From Histomonas meleagridis 2922-C6/04-290x (Eukaryota > Protista > Parabasalia), in NCBI GenBank assembly GCA_020184695.1, contig JAANOX010000198.1:62001-126000 (forward strand): 64,000 nt of DNA, written 5' to 3'. This document shows positions 35,396 to 46,559 of the stretch, in pieces. How positions within the stretch are numbered: the first letter of the stretch is position 1; each line of letters starts with the position of its first letter. The position numbers and the translations under genes are program-made. The notes beneath the pieces were generated by a model, which was not told where the DNA came from, made no database searches, and was given only the letters and a program-made list of their open reading frames with translations.

Positions 35396-36880
35396 TTATT
35401 TAATCCATTGATCATCATCTTCATCCATAATTTCTGCGATACCATTGGTAGTCTCATTAACTTCGCTTATTTGATCTGATGGACATTGTTCTTTATTTGA
35501 TAATGAATGTGTTTCATAATGTTTTTTGTGCTTAATGACAAAATATGTAAATCCTATAATCAGTAAAACAACTGCAAATGATCCACATATTATTCCAATT
35601 AATACTTTAATAGGAAGCGATTCGTTTTGTTGGGGGTTGATTTTAATCATTGTATAAAAATTAGAATAAAAATGATAAAGTGAAGAATAATAAATAATTG
35701 TATATTCATATGAAATAATATACGTTGGATAATAATAATATTGAGAGTTATTTAATGAAATTGTTATAGTACTTATGTATTTTGCAAAAAAAGAAATATG
35801 TTCAGTAACTGAAAACGAATTTATCAAAACAAAAGAATGTGTAATTGTCATGTCATTTGATAGCGAAGCAGTAAATGTGTTTGACTTAGTAAAAGTATTA
35901 CTTTGGATAAATGAATTTGATCTTGAAAATGTATTTGATTTTGAAAATGTTTTAGAAAATGTATTTGAATATGAAAATGTTTGTGTTGGCCAAGGAAGAC
36001 ATTCATCAATTGTTATTCCTTTGGAAACATTTAAACCGCCAAAAGTTTCATTTGAATATGTTTCCTTTGTCATCACTGATTTAGCTGCAATTCCAACAAA
36101 AGTATTTCACCATAAAAATAAATACATTTAAGAGAGAAACATGATGAAAATGCATCAGAGCCAATTGAATCAACATTTTCTCCAATAAAAATTGTTTCAA
36201 CCGAAATACAATTTCGAAATGAATATTGTTCAATATAAGTAATTGAATTTGGAATATGAAATGTTTTTGTTGAATTTCCAATTGGATAAAGAATTAGTTT
36301 TGTAATATTTTTATTGTATAAAACGCCATCATTTTCATAATTAGAAAAATATAAATTTTCTTCTGAAACTTTAATAAATTGAAGACTTCTGCAATTTTCA
36401 AATGAACTTGATGACATTGAAGAAACAGAACTTGGAATATATATGTTTTTCAAATTTATACAATCTGAGAAAGCACTTTGTCCAATAGAAGTTAATGATT
36501 TTGGAAATGTGATTTGAGTCATTTGGCATTTATAAAACGCTTGTAAACCTATTTCTGTTAAATTTGCTCCAAATTCGACTGTTTCCAATTTAGAACAATT
36601 ACAAAATGACATCATTCCAATTGTTTTTACTGAATCACCAATTTGTACATATGATAATAAAGGCCATAAGTAGAAAGCAAAATCACCAACTTCTTCAACG
36701 CCATTAATTACAACATGCTCAGTAACATCCTTATAATCACATGTAAATTCACTTGGTTGAGTTATATTAAGTGTTTTTGTTGAATTATTAAATGTTTGCG
36801 ACGTATTAATGAAAAATATAAAAATTAAAAATGAAATAATATGTTTATCTTTGCTATAGGTATATTTAATAAAATAATTT
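35396..36880 (-). pseudogene. BspA-like (LRR_5) surface protein with S/T stalk and TM, frameshifted at ~36090
   Basis: SLTSIGQSAFSDCINLKNIYIPSSV repeats; CIYFYG then a shifted frame TFVGIAAKSVMTKETYSNETFGG; FSxSN stalk; TM VLIGIICGSFAVV. True start uncertain. Confidence 0.75.
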
Positions 36881-37441
36881 CCTGCTAAACTATTAAAAGT
36901 AAAGAAAATAATTACAAAATCATATGAAACGATGGTTAAAAATATTATCACTTTGGAAGAAAAAATATTTGAAACTGCTATTGAAAAAGAATGTAAGAAT
37001 CCATTAGCTTTTGGATTATGAAACTTGTGTAAATTATCTGATAAAAATGCATTAAAAAATAATAATTTTTCCAAAAAATTGATATTATGATAATACTTTA
37101 CTGTTTTAATGTGTTCTATGTGTTTTTCTGTTGATTGTATAATAGATATAATATTAATATGATGAATTCCTTTTATGCTTTGAAGATTAGTTCCTTTTTT
37201 GTCCATAATTAAATGAATGTCATGTAACAGATGTTGAACTATACCTACGAACATCGTTACTATCAACAATTGAAGATACTTAGAGTATATCATGCTTTTT
37301 TTTTCTTTATGACTTTCTTGAATTAACCCAATTTGTTCTGAATTTTTCTGTTGTTATCCTAGGATTTAACGCAGTTATTCACAAATATTTGTGAGAATGC
37401 CGATTATTTTCAATGTAAATTTTGTGCAAACGATCTTGGCA

Positions 37442-38686
37442 ATGGAGTCAATAACCGGAATCGTTTGGTGCAAAACAGAAATTGTTAATGAAGTTAAATC
37501 GTGGATTGTATCACAATTTAATAACATTATATGGACTTATCTAAAGCCAACTCTCACAGGACCAATATCATCAACTTCTTTTTCGCGTTTAAATTTTGGG
37601 ATTATTGATAGTGGTGATATACAAGACGAGGAATGTGTAACAAAAGTACTTATGTCATTGTGCAAAGCCTACCCTGATATTACATTCAAAATTAAAACAG
37701 CAGAAGGTGATTTTTTAATGTTTGAAACAGCTCAACTCGTCGATGAATCAGTCACAATTCCTGATCAAACTTCTGTTGTTCATAACGGGGAGTTACATCA
37801 TGTCGATGATTCGATTTCATCATTTCCAGATCTTCCTATGCATCTGAACGACGAAACAAAGTTCGAATCCAAAGTACAAACAGCATTTCAAGCGTTTATA
37901 TCACAGATTAATTCCACAAATTTTTATCAATACAAAAATTTATTCATTCCAGAAGATCTCAAGAAACTACTTATATATGATCCCAAACTCATCTCCACCA
38001 TCATACGTAAGTCCAGTTTTTCCAAGAGCGTTGACTTTCGGCGATATACATATTGTGAGCATTCGATCAAATTTCGGAAGTATCAATTTGCGTATTTAGA
38101 TTCTATGGATGTCAGAGTTCCTCGATCATTTGGATTGCTTTGTCCAACCCAAAATCGGTCGCTTCGTTACATTCGTTTTTCATTTCTTCTTACAGTCGGA
38201 TATCATAACAGCGAAGAAGAACTTTCGAATGAAATAAAACGATCGCAAAACATAAAAACGGAAGAAACGCAACATGAAGATGATGACGAAAGTTGGCTCA
38301 ATGATTTCCAAAAGCCAGAGTACAGTTTCGAAGACATTGGGACGCAAATGGCTGAACGCGTTGGTGAATTCATGAAAGAGATTTCGCAATTTGACTCTGT
38401 TGAAGCAGACGGTCCGATAAACTTTGATTTCGACTCGTACAAATCGAAACTTGAACATTTCCTTGACAGTAGTAGTGATGAAGAGGAAGAAGAAGATGAC
38501 TATGAAGAAGACGAACTTTTGGAGCATTTGGAAGACGAAGATGAGAAAATACTTCGGAAAGTCGCCGATGGGAAGATGAATGCGAACGAATATGTTTCGA
38601 GTTTTCTTGAGCAGTCTTATGAAACGCAGCCAATCGATAGCGGGCCCACTAGTGATCTGATGCAATTATTTAACCTTCGAAAATAA
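37442..38686 (+). CDS. ECD: Ecdysoneless/SGT1-family protein
   Basis: GDIQDEECV..LMSLCKAYP.....AEGDFLMFETA, DDESWL, acidic C-terminus. Confidence 0.7.
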   Translation: MESITGIVWCKTEIVNEVKSWIVSQFNNIIWTYLKPTLTGPISSTSFSRLNFGIIDSGDIQDEECVTKVLMSLCKAYPDITFKIKTAEGDFLMFETAQLVDESVTIPDQTSVVHNGELHHVDDSISSFPDLPMHLNDETKFESKVQTAFQAFISQINSTNFYQYKNLFIPEDLKKLLIYDPKLISTIIRKSSFSKSVDFRRYTYCEHSIKFRKYQFAYLDSMDVRVPRSFGLLCPTQNRSLRYIRFSFLLTVGYHNSEEELSNEIKRSQNIKTEETQHEDDDESWLNDFQKPEYSFEDIGTQMAERVGEFMKEISQFDSVEADGPINFDFDSYKSKLEHFLDSSSDEEEEEDDYEEDELLEHLEDEDEKILRKVADGKMNANEYVSSFLEQSYETQPIDSGPTSDLMQLFNLRK

Positions 38687-39787
38687 CGATTTTGTGCGTG
38701 GCTGAAATTCTTTTGTTGGGTTATGTATTGTAATTGTTGATAAATCTTTTTGCTGACGAGTTATAATGTTCGCTTTGTCTTCATTTGGTATGGAGAGAAG
38801 CATTTGATTCCGGAAATTGATTAACGTATCAAATGTTCGACGTTGTTCTTGTGTTGTGTATCGCATAGTTACGTCAATGCATTCAGATTCGCTTAATGAA
38901 ATTACATATTTAATTTGCGTGTTCCATCCTTTTTCATAGAGTAATGGATTATCGATTTGGTTCTCATATGGATCAAGATGGATAAACCGATCTAATGATT
39001 CGTCCCAAAATTCAAGCCAAAACAACCGAGCACTGACACCAGTGACTCGAATGATGTAACGAAGGGATTTCAATAGGGACCCAAATAAAATATTGAATTC
39101 GAGCCTATCGCCAATTGGATTTTCAATGAGCGTTTGAATTTTTGTGTAGCGAGGATAACGTTCGCCAGAATGACAAGTCGGGCAGCGTAAAACAGACGTT
39201 ATAAAGGCACCTTTTCCGAGTTCATCCTTGGTTGGTAAGGAATTTTTCTCAAAAATAAGAGCGGTGTTGCAACGCTTACAATTGAGTGATGTAACTTTGT
39301 GGAAAAATTCATTGGTAAACCAATCAAGAATTTCTTGTACGTGTGAAATGCTAGAGCTTTCTTGGAAAAATTGGCTTGGAAGAATTGATGTTGTGACTGC
39401 GTTAGAATAATCATCAGAAATATTTTTGAAGTATGTGGATAAAAAGGATATTGTTTTCAAAACTTTGACTGATTCTGGATCTAGCTCAGATGATTCGTAT
39501 ATGATTGAGGGAAATAATTTCGATGAATAATTTTTGATTGCTTGATACTCGAAATTTTCAAAAATTTCTACATTAGAAACAAATGGATTAAAAACTACTG
39601 ACAAAACTTCAGGGCAAAAATAATGCATTTTGTCTGTATACAATGAATAACTTGGATATGTTTTTTCGAATTTAAAGTAAGAAGATATTTCATGAAATAA
39701 ATCAACCAATGTCATATGCTCAAACTCAGATGGTGAAAACTTTCTGGTGAGCTTCTTAGATTTATAAGTTAGAGTAACAGCCCTCAT
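38666..39787 (-). CDS. PNG1: Peptide:N-glycanase (PNG1/NGLY1)-like protein, catalytic Cys/His absent
   Basis: ILDWFTNEFF, CxxC...CxxC, RYPRY, HLDPYEN..DNPLLYEKGW, DVTMRY. Confidence 0.8.
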   Translation of the reverse strand: MRAVTLTYKSKKLTRKFSPSEFEHMTLVDLFHEISSYFKFEKTYPSYSLYTDKMHYFCPEVLSVVFNPFVSNVEIFENFEYQAIKNYSSKLFPSIIYESSELDPESVKVLKTISFLSTYFKNISDDYSNAVTTSILPSQFFQESSSISHVQEILDWFTNEFFHKVTSLNCKRCNTALIFEKNSLPTKDELGKGAFITSVLRCPTCHSGERYPRYTKIQTLIENPIGDRLEFNILFGSLLKSLRYIIRVTGVSARLFWLEFWDESLDRFIHLDPYENQIDNPLLYEKGWNTQIKYVISLSESECIDVTMRYTTQEQRRTFDTLINFRNQMLLSIPNEDKANIITRQQKDLSTITIHNPTKEFQPRTKSLFSKVK

Positions 39788-40624
39788 TTTGTGGAACGTT
39801 GAGGTGCAAGGCAGCCACTTTTATGTCAAACAAAGTTACTCAATCAGTGAAATCATTAAACGGTCAAACTTCACTATTGTGAACTGAACATTAAAGAACG
39901 TTAAAAAAAATTTCAAGACCCAACCAATTTTTAGCTTTTTGCATAGTTTATTTAGGTAAAAAATCGAACCTGAAGTTTCGTACATACAAATTTGTCCTTA
40001 AGAACTTAGCTTACCAAAACAAATAAACTGTTGACAAAACCATTGGGGAATCAGGTAAGGTAAGAATCTTGCAATTTGTGTTTAAAACTTTTATCCAAAT
40101 CGTAATCAAAATCTTAAAACAACAAAGTTGTGCCAACTATTAATCAAGTTGAATGTCATCCATTTTGTCAAAAGATCGAAGCCATAAAGCATATGGAAGA
40201 ATTGAGATACAAATAAGCCATTAATCACCAACTCCCACGATAGAAATATAGTTAAGATCATGATCAGTGTGATTTTATAAACAGATAATACAGTATTTAC
40301 AATACAAGATATCTTGTATCCAAATTGAAATTGTAATATATTTTTGATCTGAGTTTGGTCATTGATTTTTCGAAAGAATTAATGTATCTTGAAATGAAGT
40401 TTATTCATTTATTTCACTTATTTAAAATTACAAGTAACTCCAATTAATAGGAATATGCTTTTTGAATAAAAGTTAAAAGAGACTTGTGCTTGTTCATTGA
40501 ATGAATCTTCTTTATCCAAAACGATACACTTTTTGAATACCAACGTTTGACCAAATAAGTGACTTTTTATCAATGTTTTTGTGTGTAACGATACAAATTC
40601 GTATCAACCAAAAGGAGGAAAACC

Positions 40625-41755
40625 ATGTTTTTTTGGCTACTGTTTCATGCACAAAGCCAAAAAATATACCCCACAGTAAGCATAATTAATCATTCATATT
40701 GGAACCAATATCGCATTTGTTTTCCTCCTTTCAACTGGTCAATACCCAATGGAATCAATCAAAAACAACTTCCATTATTTTGGGCACAGCCAGAAAACTC
40801 AAGACATTTCCGGGATACTAATTCCAGTGAGCATTGTGGTATTGTTCGAATTGTTAAAAATGGTTCAATTAAACTTCCTTTTCCATCAATTTCTAATGTT
40901 ACACATTTTATTAATACTAATCATCCTCCATCTCATTCAAAAACACAACGCTTCAATAATTTGCTTATATTATCTGGTCATTGGGGTCATTATTTTCAAC
41001 ATTTCTTTGATAACATTGGCCCTCAATTTGGTCTTGTTTCAGTTTTAGACAACATAATTAATATCAGCAATACCACTGTCATAGGGGATACCTCACCATT
41101 ATTTCCAAATGTTCCAAAACTTTGGAATCGCATGAACATCAAAAAATTTATATCATCTCAAGACAAAACTTACACAGCACACAATCTCATTTACGTAGAG
41201 TCCTGTCCACGTGTTCATCCCTATTTTTTTAGTGTCTTACGTGATCAATTGTTATTGCAAATATCCAAACCCAAATACATCATATTTATTTCACGTAAAA
41301 ACACCAACTCTTATTATAATCAACGATTTATTCTTAACCAAAACAGTATTATTAATACTTTAAAGTCACTTTATGGAAATCGCGTCTTTGTATTTGACCA
41401 TAAGCAACATACATTAAGTGAAACCATAGCAATATTTGGCAAAGCAATTGCAATAATCGGTGCGCATGGCGGAGGTATGTATAATCAATTCTTTGCCCCG
41501 AAGTCGTGCGTTATTGTTGAGATAATGCCCATCAAAGAAAACGGTCTCTATCCCGATCAAAATTCATTCAAAGATGTTCCATCGTTCTCGCATATGTCGG
41601 TGTGGTCTAATTCCTTGTTGATTGGTCAAAAGTTTTACAGATTCTATCAAGTAACAAAGTACCCTAACTTTAGAGTTGATGTACAGAAGTTTAAACGGTT
41701 CTTGATAGACATCGAAGAAATAACTCCAAATAATTACCCAAATTTCGAGTTGTAG
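40625..41755 (+). CDS. Glycosyltransferase family 61 (DUF563)-like protein
   Basis: WGHYFQHFFD, FISRK, RFILNQ, IIGAHGGGMYNQFF, IVEIMP. Confidence 0.8.
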   Translation: MFFWLLFHAQSQKIYPTVSIINHSYWNQYRICFPPFNWSIPNGINQKQLPLFWAQPENSRHFRDTNSSEHCGIVRIVKNGSIKLPFPSISNVTHFINTNHPPSHSKTQRFNNLLILSGHWGHYFQHFFDNIGPQFGLVSVLDNIINISNTTVIGDTSPLFPNVPKLWNRMNIKKFISSQDKTYTAHNLIYVESCPRVHPYFFSVLRDQLLLQISKPKYIIFISRKNTNSYYNQRFILNQNSIINTLKSLYGNRVFVFDHKQHTLSETIAIFGKAIAIIGAHGGGMYNQFFAPKSCVIVEIMPIKENGLYPDQNSFKDVPSFSHMSVWSNSLLIGQKFYRFYQVTKYPNFRVDVQKFKRFLIDIEEITPNNYPNFEL

Positions 41756-43356
41756 AATAAATGTATTTTATATCGATTTTTGATATTTACAAAATAAATA
41801 AAAACCTTAATCAGGATGAATTATTCATCAGGAATGTGATATACAATGATCGGGGAATTAAAATATGTTGAAAAATTAAATTGCATTAGTATATGCAAGC
41901 AAACTTGATCGAAGAAAACTCACGAAATTTAGATTTAATTAGCAACAGTTATCATCACAGAAAATGAAAAAACAATTGAAACTTTTTCGTTATCTGGTTG
42001 TAATAATTTAACATTTGTTCATTTTACATGTTATCAATCACCAACTGACATAAGTTATAAACACCATCAGATTTATGTATCAAGAGGTTCATTTGTTGAA
42101 GAATGTTCTCAATATGTTTGTCCAACACATGCATTTACTCAATCAAATGCATTTATTGAATCATTACAATCTGATGTAACGTATATTCAAACATTAATTT
42201 TAATACAAACAGTTATTTCCAAAAATATTTTCACAAATACTTTTACTTTTTGATGTTTAAACCATTTTATTCTGATGTAAACGAAATTTGTTTGGGCAAA
42301 CATAACCAAACTGGGCAATCGTTTTTTGCTACAGACAAACCTTGTCAACCTAAGCTATTCTAACAACCTTTCTTAGATAAAAAATAGATGGAGCAAAATG
42401 TCAGATTATGAAGAAAAAATTATGATATAAGAAGCTAACAAAATCATATAAATTATTGATTTTTGTAATTTCTTCACATTTTTTGAGTTTCAAATTCTGG
42501 TGAATGCAGTTAAGAAGAAAAAAATTGATAAATATCATATGCTGAAAAAGAAAAAGAATCAAAGATTTATGAATAATAAATAAAACATTATAATTCACAT
42601 ATATGTTGAAAGGATAATAGCAAAATAAAATTGGATGGGAAAAAAGAATGTACATTATAGCATAAGGATATTTTTAATAAATGGATGCAGATTTCCAACG
42701 ATAGAATCAAATGAATGAAAAATCTTTATGATCCTATTTAATCAAAACATTTTTATTTTTAGAGTTCATATATCATCCCACTTAAATCTATTTTAATCTC
42801 GCAAAATATAAAGCCATCAAAAAGCGGGAGTCTTGAAAAAGTTCGAATTATTGTTCACTTTTTGAATGGTTTACTTGGAAATTGAATGATTTTTGGTTTC
42901 GGTACACAACACTCAGATGAAAAACCACATGCCTAATGATGGGATTACCATAAGCACAGGAGATAAAAAGTTGGAAAATTTATCAACCGGCTTGAAATTC
43001 CTAATTAAAATTGAGAAAAATATATTCGGTTTAACCGAAGAAAACTTTCAGCCGTCCATTAAAAAAATATTGGAATTATTCGATTCAAATTATCCCTTTA
43101 CGTTTAATACCATTATAAGTAACATCGTTTATAATGCATTTTCATCAAAAAAGCAAGTATTTGATATTTACTTAAATTTTTTAAAGAAACTTCAAACTAA
43201 AGAAGAAGAAATTAATCAAAACACAGTTAAATTAATAGCAATTTTTATCAAACGTATATCTGCAGCAAACACACAAGAATCATATTATTTAATAGAACAA
43301 ATGATTGAACAAAATTTAATTGATAGAAATATAACTAAAAACATTAAATCAAAATA

Positions 43357-44625
43357 TAGGGGGTGGAAAAAGTCCGTTCGTCAGCTTTTTTTTGATTTAT
43401 ATTAGATATTAATGAAATCAAATTATATAAATAAAATTTATAATAAATATATTATCATTATTATTATAATACTTTTTTCCAAGTAAATATGATGCATGAA
43501 GTAAAACTACTTTTTTTCATGATACCTCTGAAAGAGGACGTTTAATCATTTTGATGTCAGTTCCAATTGAGGAATTACGTTCTGTTGTCCATTTCCTTTG
43601 GTTAGAATCAAATGAAAATCAAGACATATATAGGCGATTATGTGCTGTATATGGTGATAATATTATTACACTTCGAACAGTTCAGAAATGGACAAAAAAG
43701 ATGAATGAACATACCTTCTCAATTTTCGAACAGAAAAAAACAGGGAGACCAAGAAGATCGGATTTCGATCAAAGAATAACCAGTTTTATATTAAGTTATC
43801 CATATGCATCGACGAAGAAAATTGCGAAGAATGTAGGCGCAGATCCAAAAACAGTGAAAAATATAATGATTAATATTTTAGGGATGAAAAAAGTTAACTT
43901 CAAATGGATTTCACATAAGTTGACTCCAGAAATTAAAGCCAAAAGAGCTGCCATTGCTTCTGAATTATTTGAATTCCTTTCTAGTTCAAATGACTACTAA
44001 CTAAGACACATATTGACGCAAGATGAAACCTGGATTTATTTTGTTAACGGGAGAAACTCGATGTGGATTGAATCTGGAGTGCAAAAACCATACAAACCCA
44101 AACAAACTATTGCCTCCAAAAAAAGTAATGATATCTGTTATATGGTCTATAACTGGTATCAAATCAATAACAATGCTCCCGATAGGCCAAAAATTTAATC
44201 GAATTTTTTTTTCTGAAGTTGTACTTGAAGATTTGGCTAAAAGAATTTCAACGAAGGGATATTTTTTGCATATGGATAACGCCCGGCCTCATTTGGTTCA
44301 TGAAAAATTGAATTAATTGGGGATTAAAAGACTTCCGCAACCCCCGTTTTCGCCAGACCTCGCACCTTCTGACTTTTTCTGTTCGGATATCTATGCTCGA
44401 AGGTGAGGAGTTTGAAAATGAAGATCAACTTTTTCAAAAGGTTGAAACATTACTGTATAATATTCCTAAAGACACCTTCAGAGCCGTATATAATGAATGG
44501 ATGAACAGACTTTTAATTACAATTGAAACTCAAGGTGAATACATATCATAATAAATAAACAAAATTTCTTTTACTTTTTTATTCATTAAAAAAAAGGCTG
44601 ACGAACGCACTTTTTCCACCCCCTA
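43357..44625 (+). mobile_element. Full-length mariner-like transposon (1269 bp), defective transposase 43554-44551
   Basis: TIR tagggggtggaaaaagt(c/g)cgttcgtcagc (29 bp, 1 mismatch); TA TSD at 43355-43356 and 44626-44627; motifs TQDETW, MDNARPH, FSPDLAPSD; internal TAAs and frameshifts. Confidence 0.95.
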
Positions 44626-45441
44626 TATTTTGCTCATTATCAACCAAAAGAAGAAAACCAAAACCATTTTTCATTTGGGTCTAATAGAAATGATCCAAAA
44701 GAAAAATACTTTTTGGAAAATTATGAAGAACTTTCAAAGAATGATTGGGAGCTTCATAAGAAATATATTAAAGAAGGAGTTAATCCAAATGAAACTGCGA
44801 AAATCATTCGAAATGATGAAATAGAAAAACTTCAAGAAATATCATCACAAATAAAATTTGATTTTAACCAAACAATCGAACCATCATTTTATGAAAGATG
44901 TTCATATATTAATGCAGAAAATGTATCTTTAATTGATTATGCAGCATTCTTTGGATCAATTAAATGTTTTAAATATTTACTTGTAAATAATGCAAATGTA
45001 GAAAACACAGGTAAATATGCAATTGCAGGTGGAAATGAAGAAATCATTCATTTATGTGAACAAAATCATTCATCATTTGAAGGTGCATATAAAACAGCAA
45101 TTGAATTTCATCAAAATGATATCTTTAAATATCTTTATGAAAATAAATTAGAAAAAATACAACCAAAGTCAAAAATTTCTAAAGTCACACATTATTTGGT
45201 AGATTTTTGTATTCAAAAAGATAATTATGAAATTTTAGCATTTTTGGCAGAAAAAGGAATTAATATTAATGCTTGTAATATAAATGAATCAGCAAGAAAT
45301 GGAAATTTATATCTCGTTAAAAATTTCCTTCAAAATAATCAAATTCCAAAAATTATTTTGCCATTTGCTTCAGAATCAGAAAATGTTGAACTCGTGAATT
45401 ATGTTTTAGAACAAAAAGGAATTGATATTAATGCAAAAAAT

Positions 45442-46478
45442 ATTCATTTGAATAACTTGGAATATGTTTTAATTTTTTGAAATATGTTTTAATAATTTGC
45501 AACAGCACTTCATATAGCAGTTAGAAATAATAATATAGAAATAGTAAAATTACTTTTAGATAAAGAAGGAATTGATGTTAATGCAAAATATATTCATTTG
45601 AATAATTTGGAATATGTTTTAATAATTTTATATATGTTTTAATAATTTAAAATCTGTATTAATAATTTGAAACAGCACTTCATATAGCAGTTAGAAATAA
45701 TAATATAGAAATAGTAAAATTACTTTTAGATAAAGGAATTGATGTTAATGCAAAATATATTCATTTGAATACCTTGGAATATGTTTTAATAATTTGGAAT
45801 ATGTTTTAATAATTTGGAATATGTTTTAATAACTTGGAATATGTTTTAATAATTTGGAATATGTTTTAATAATTTGAAACAGCACTTCATATAGCAGTTA
45901 GAAATAATAATATAGAAATAGTAAAATTACTTTTAGATAAAGGAATTGATGTTAATGAAAAAGATATTCATTTGAATAATTTAGAATATGTTTTAATAAT
46001 TTTATATATGTTTTAATAATTTATAATATGTTTTAATAATTTGGAATATGTTTTAATAATTTGCAACAGCACTTCATATAGCAGTTAGAAATAATAATAT
46101 AGAAATAGTAAAATTACTTTTAGATAAAGGAATTGATGTTAATGCAAAATATATTCATTTGAATAATTTGGAATATGTTTTAATAATTTTATATATGTTT
46201 TAATAATTTAAAATCTGTATTAATAATTTGAAACAGCACTTCATATAGCAGTTAGAAATAATAATATAGAAATAGTAAAATTACTTTTAGATAAAGGAAT
46301 TGATGTTAATGCAAAATATATTCATTTGAATAACATGGAATATGTTTTGATAATTTGATATATGTTTTAATGATTTGAAACAGTACTTCAAATTGCACAA
46401 CAATTAGGTTACACAGAAATAGTAAATTTACTCCTTGAAAAAAGTACAAACGAAAATTCTAATTGTCTTTTTCAATAA
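45442..46478 (+). repeat. Ankyrin array whose spacers are 3-6 copies of a near-constant 17-mer plus a variable triplet
   Basis: atatgttttaataattt + NNN; spacer lengths 60,80,120,100,80,60. Confidence 0.95.
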
Positions 46479-46559
46479 ACATCAAATCTTCACTTTCAAT
46501 AAGAAATGGAAATGAAGCATATATTGCTTAGTAAATTCTTTACTAAAATAAAGATGAAT

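Larger units (their letters stand above)
42917..46478 (+). pseudogene. DUF3447-ankyrin locus 4 (6 ANK repeats), disrupted by a mariner insertion
   Basis: Removing 43357-44627 (element plus one TSD copy) restores ...SKYFAHYQPKEEN... in frame with ORF 44713-45480; terminal repeat ends NSNCLFQ*. Confidence 0.85.

Noticed and set aside
36880-37293. N-terminal ~140 aa of ORF 36073-37293 as real coding sequence
   Set aside because: Low-complexity AT-rich open frame upstream of the signal-peptide-like segment; probably a chance extension.
45442-46380. CRISPR array
   Set aside because: Eukaryotic context, 3-nt 'spacers', no cas genes; the resemblance is only architectural.
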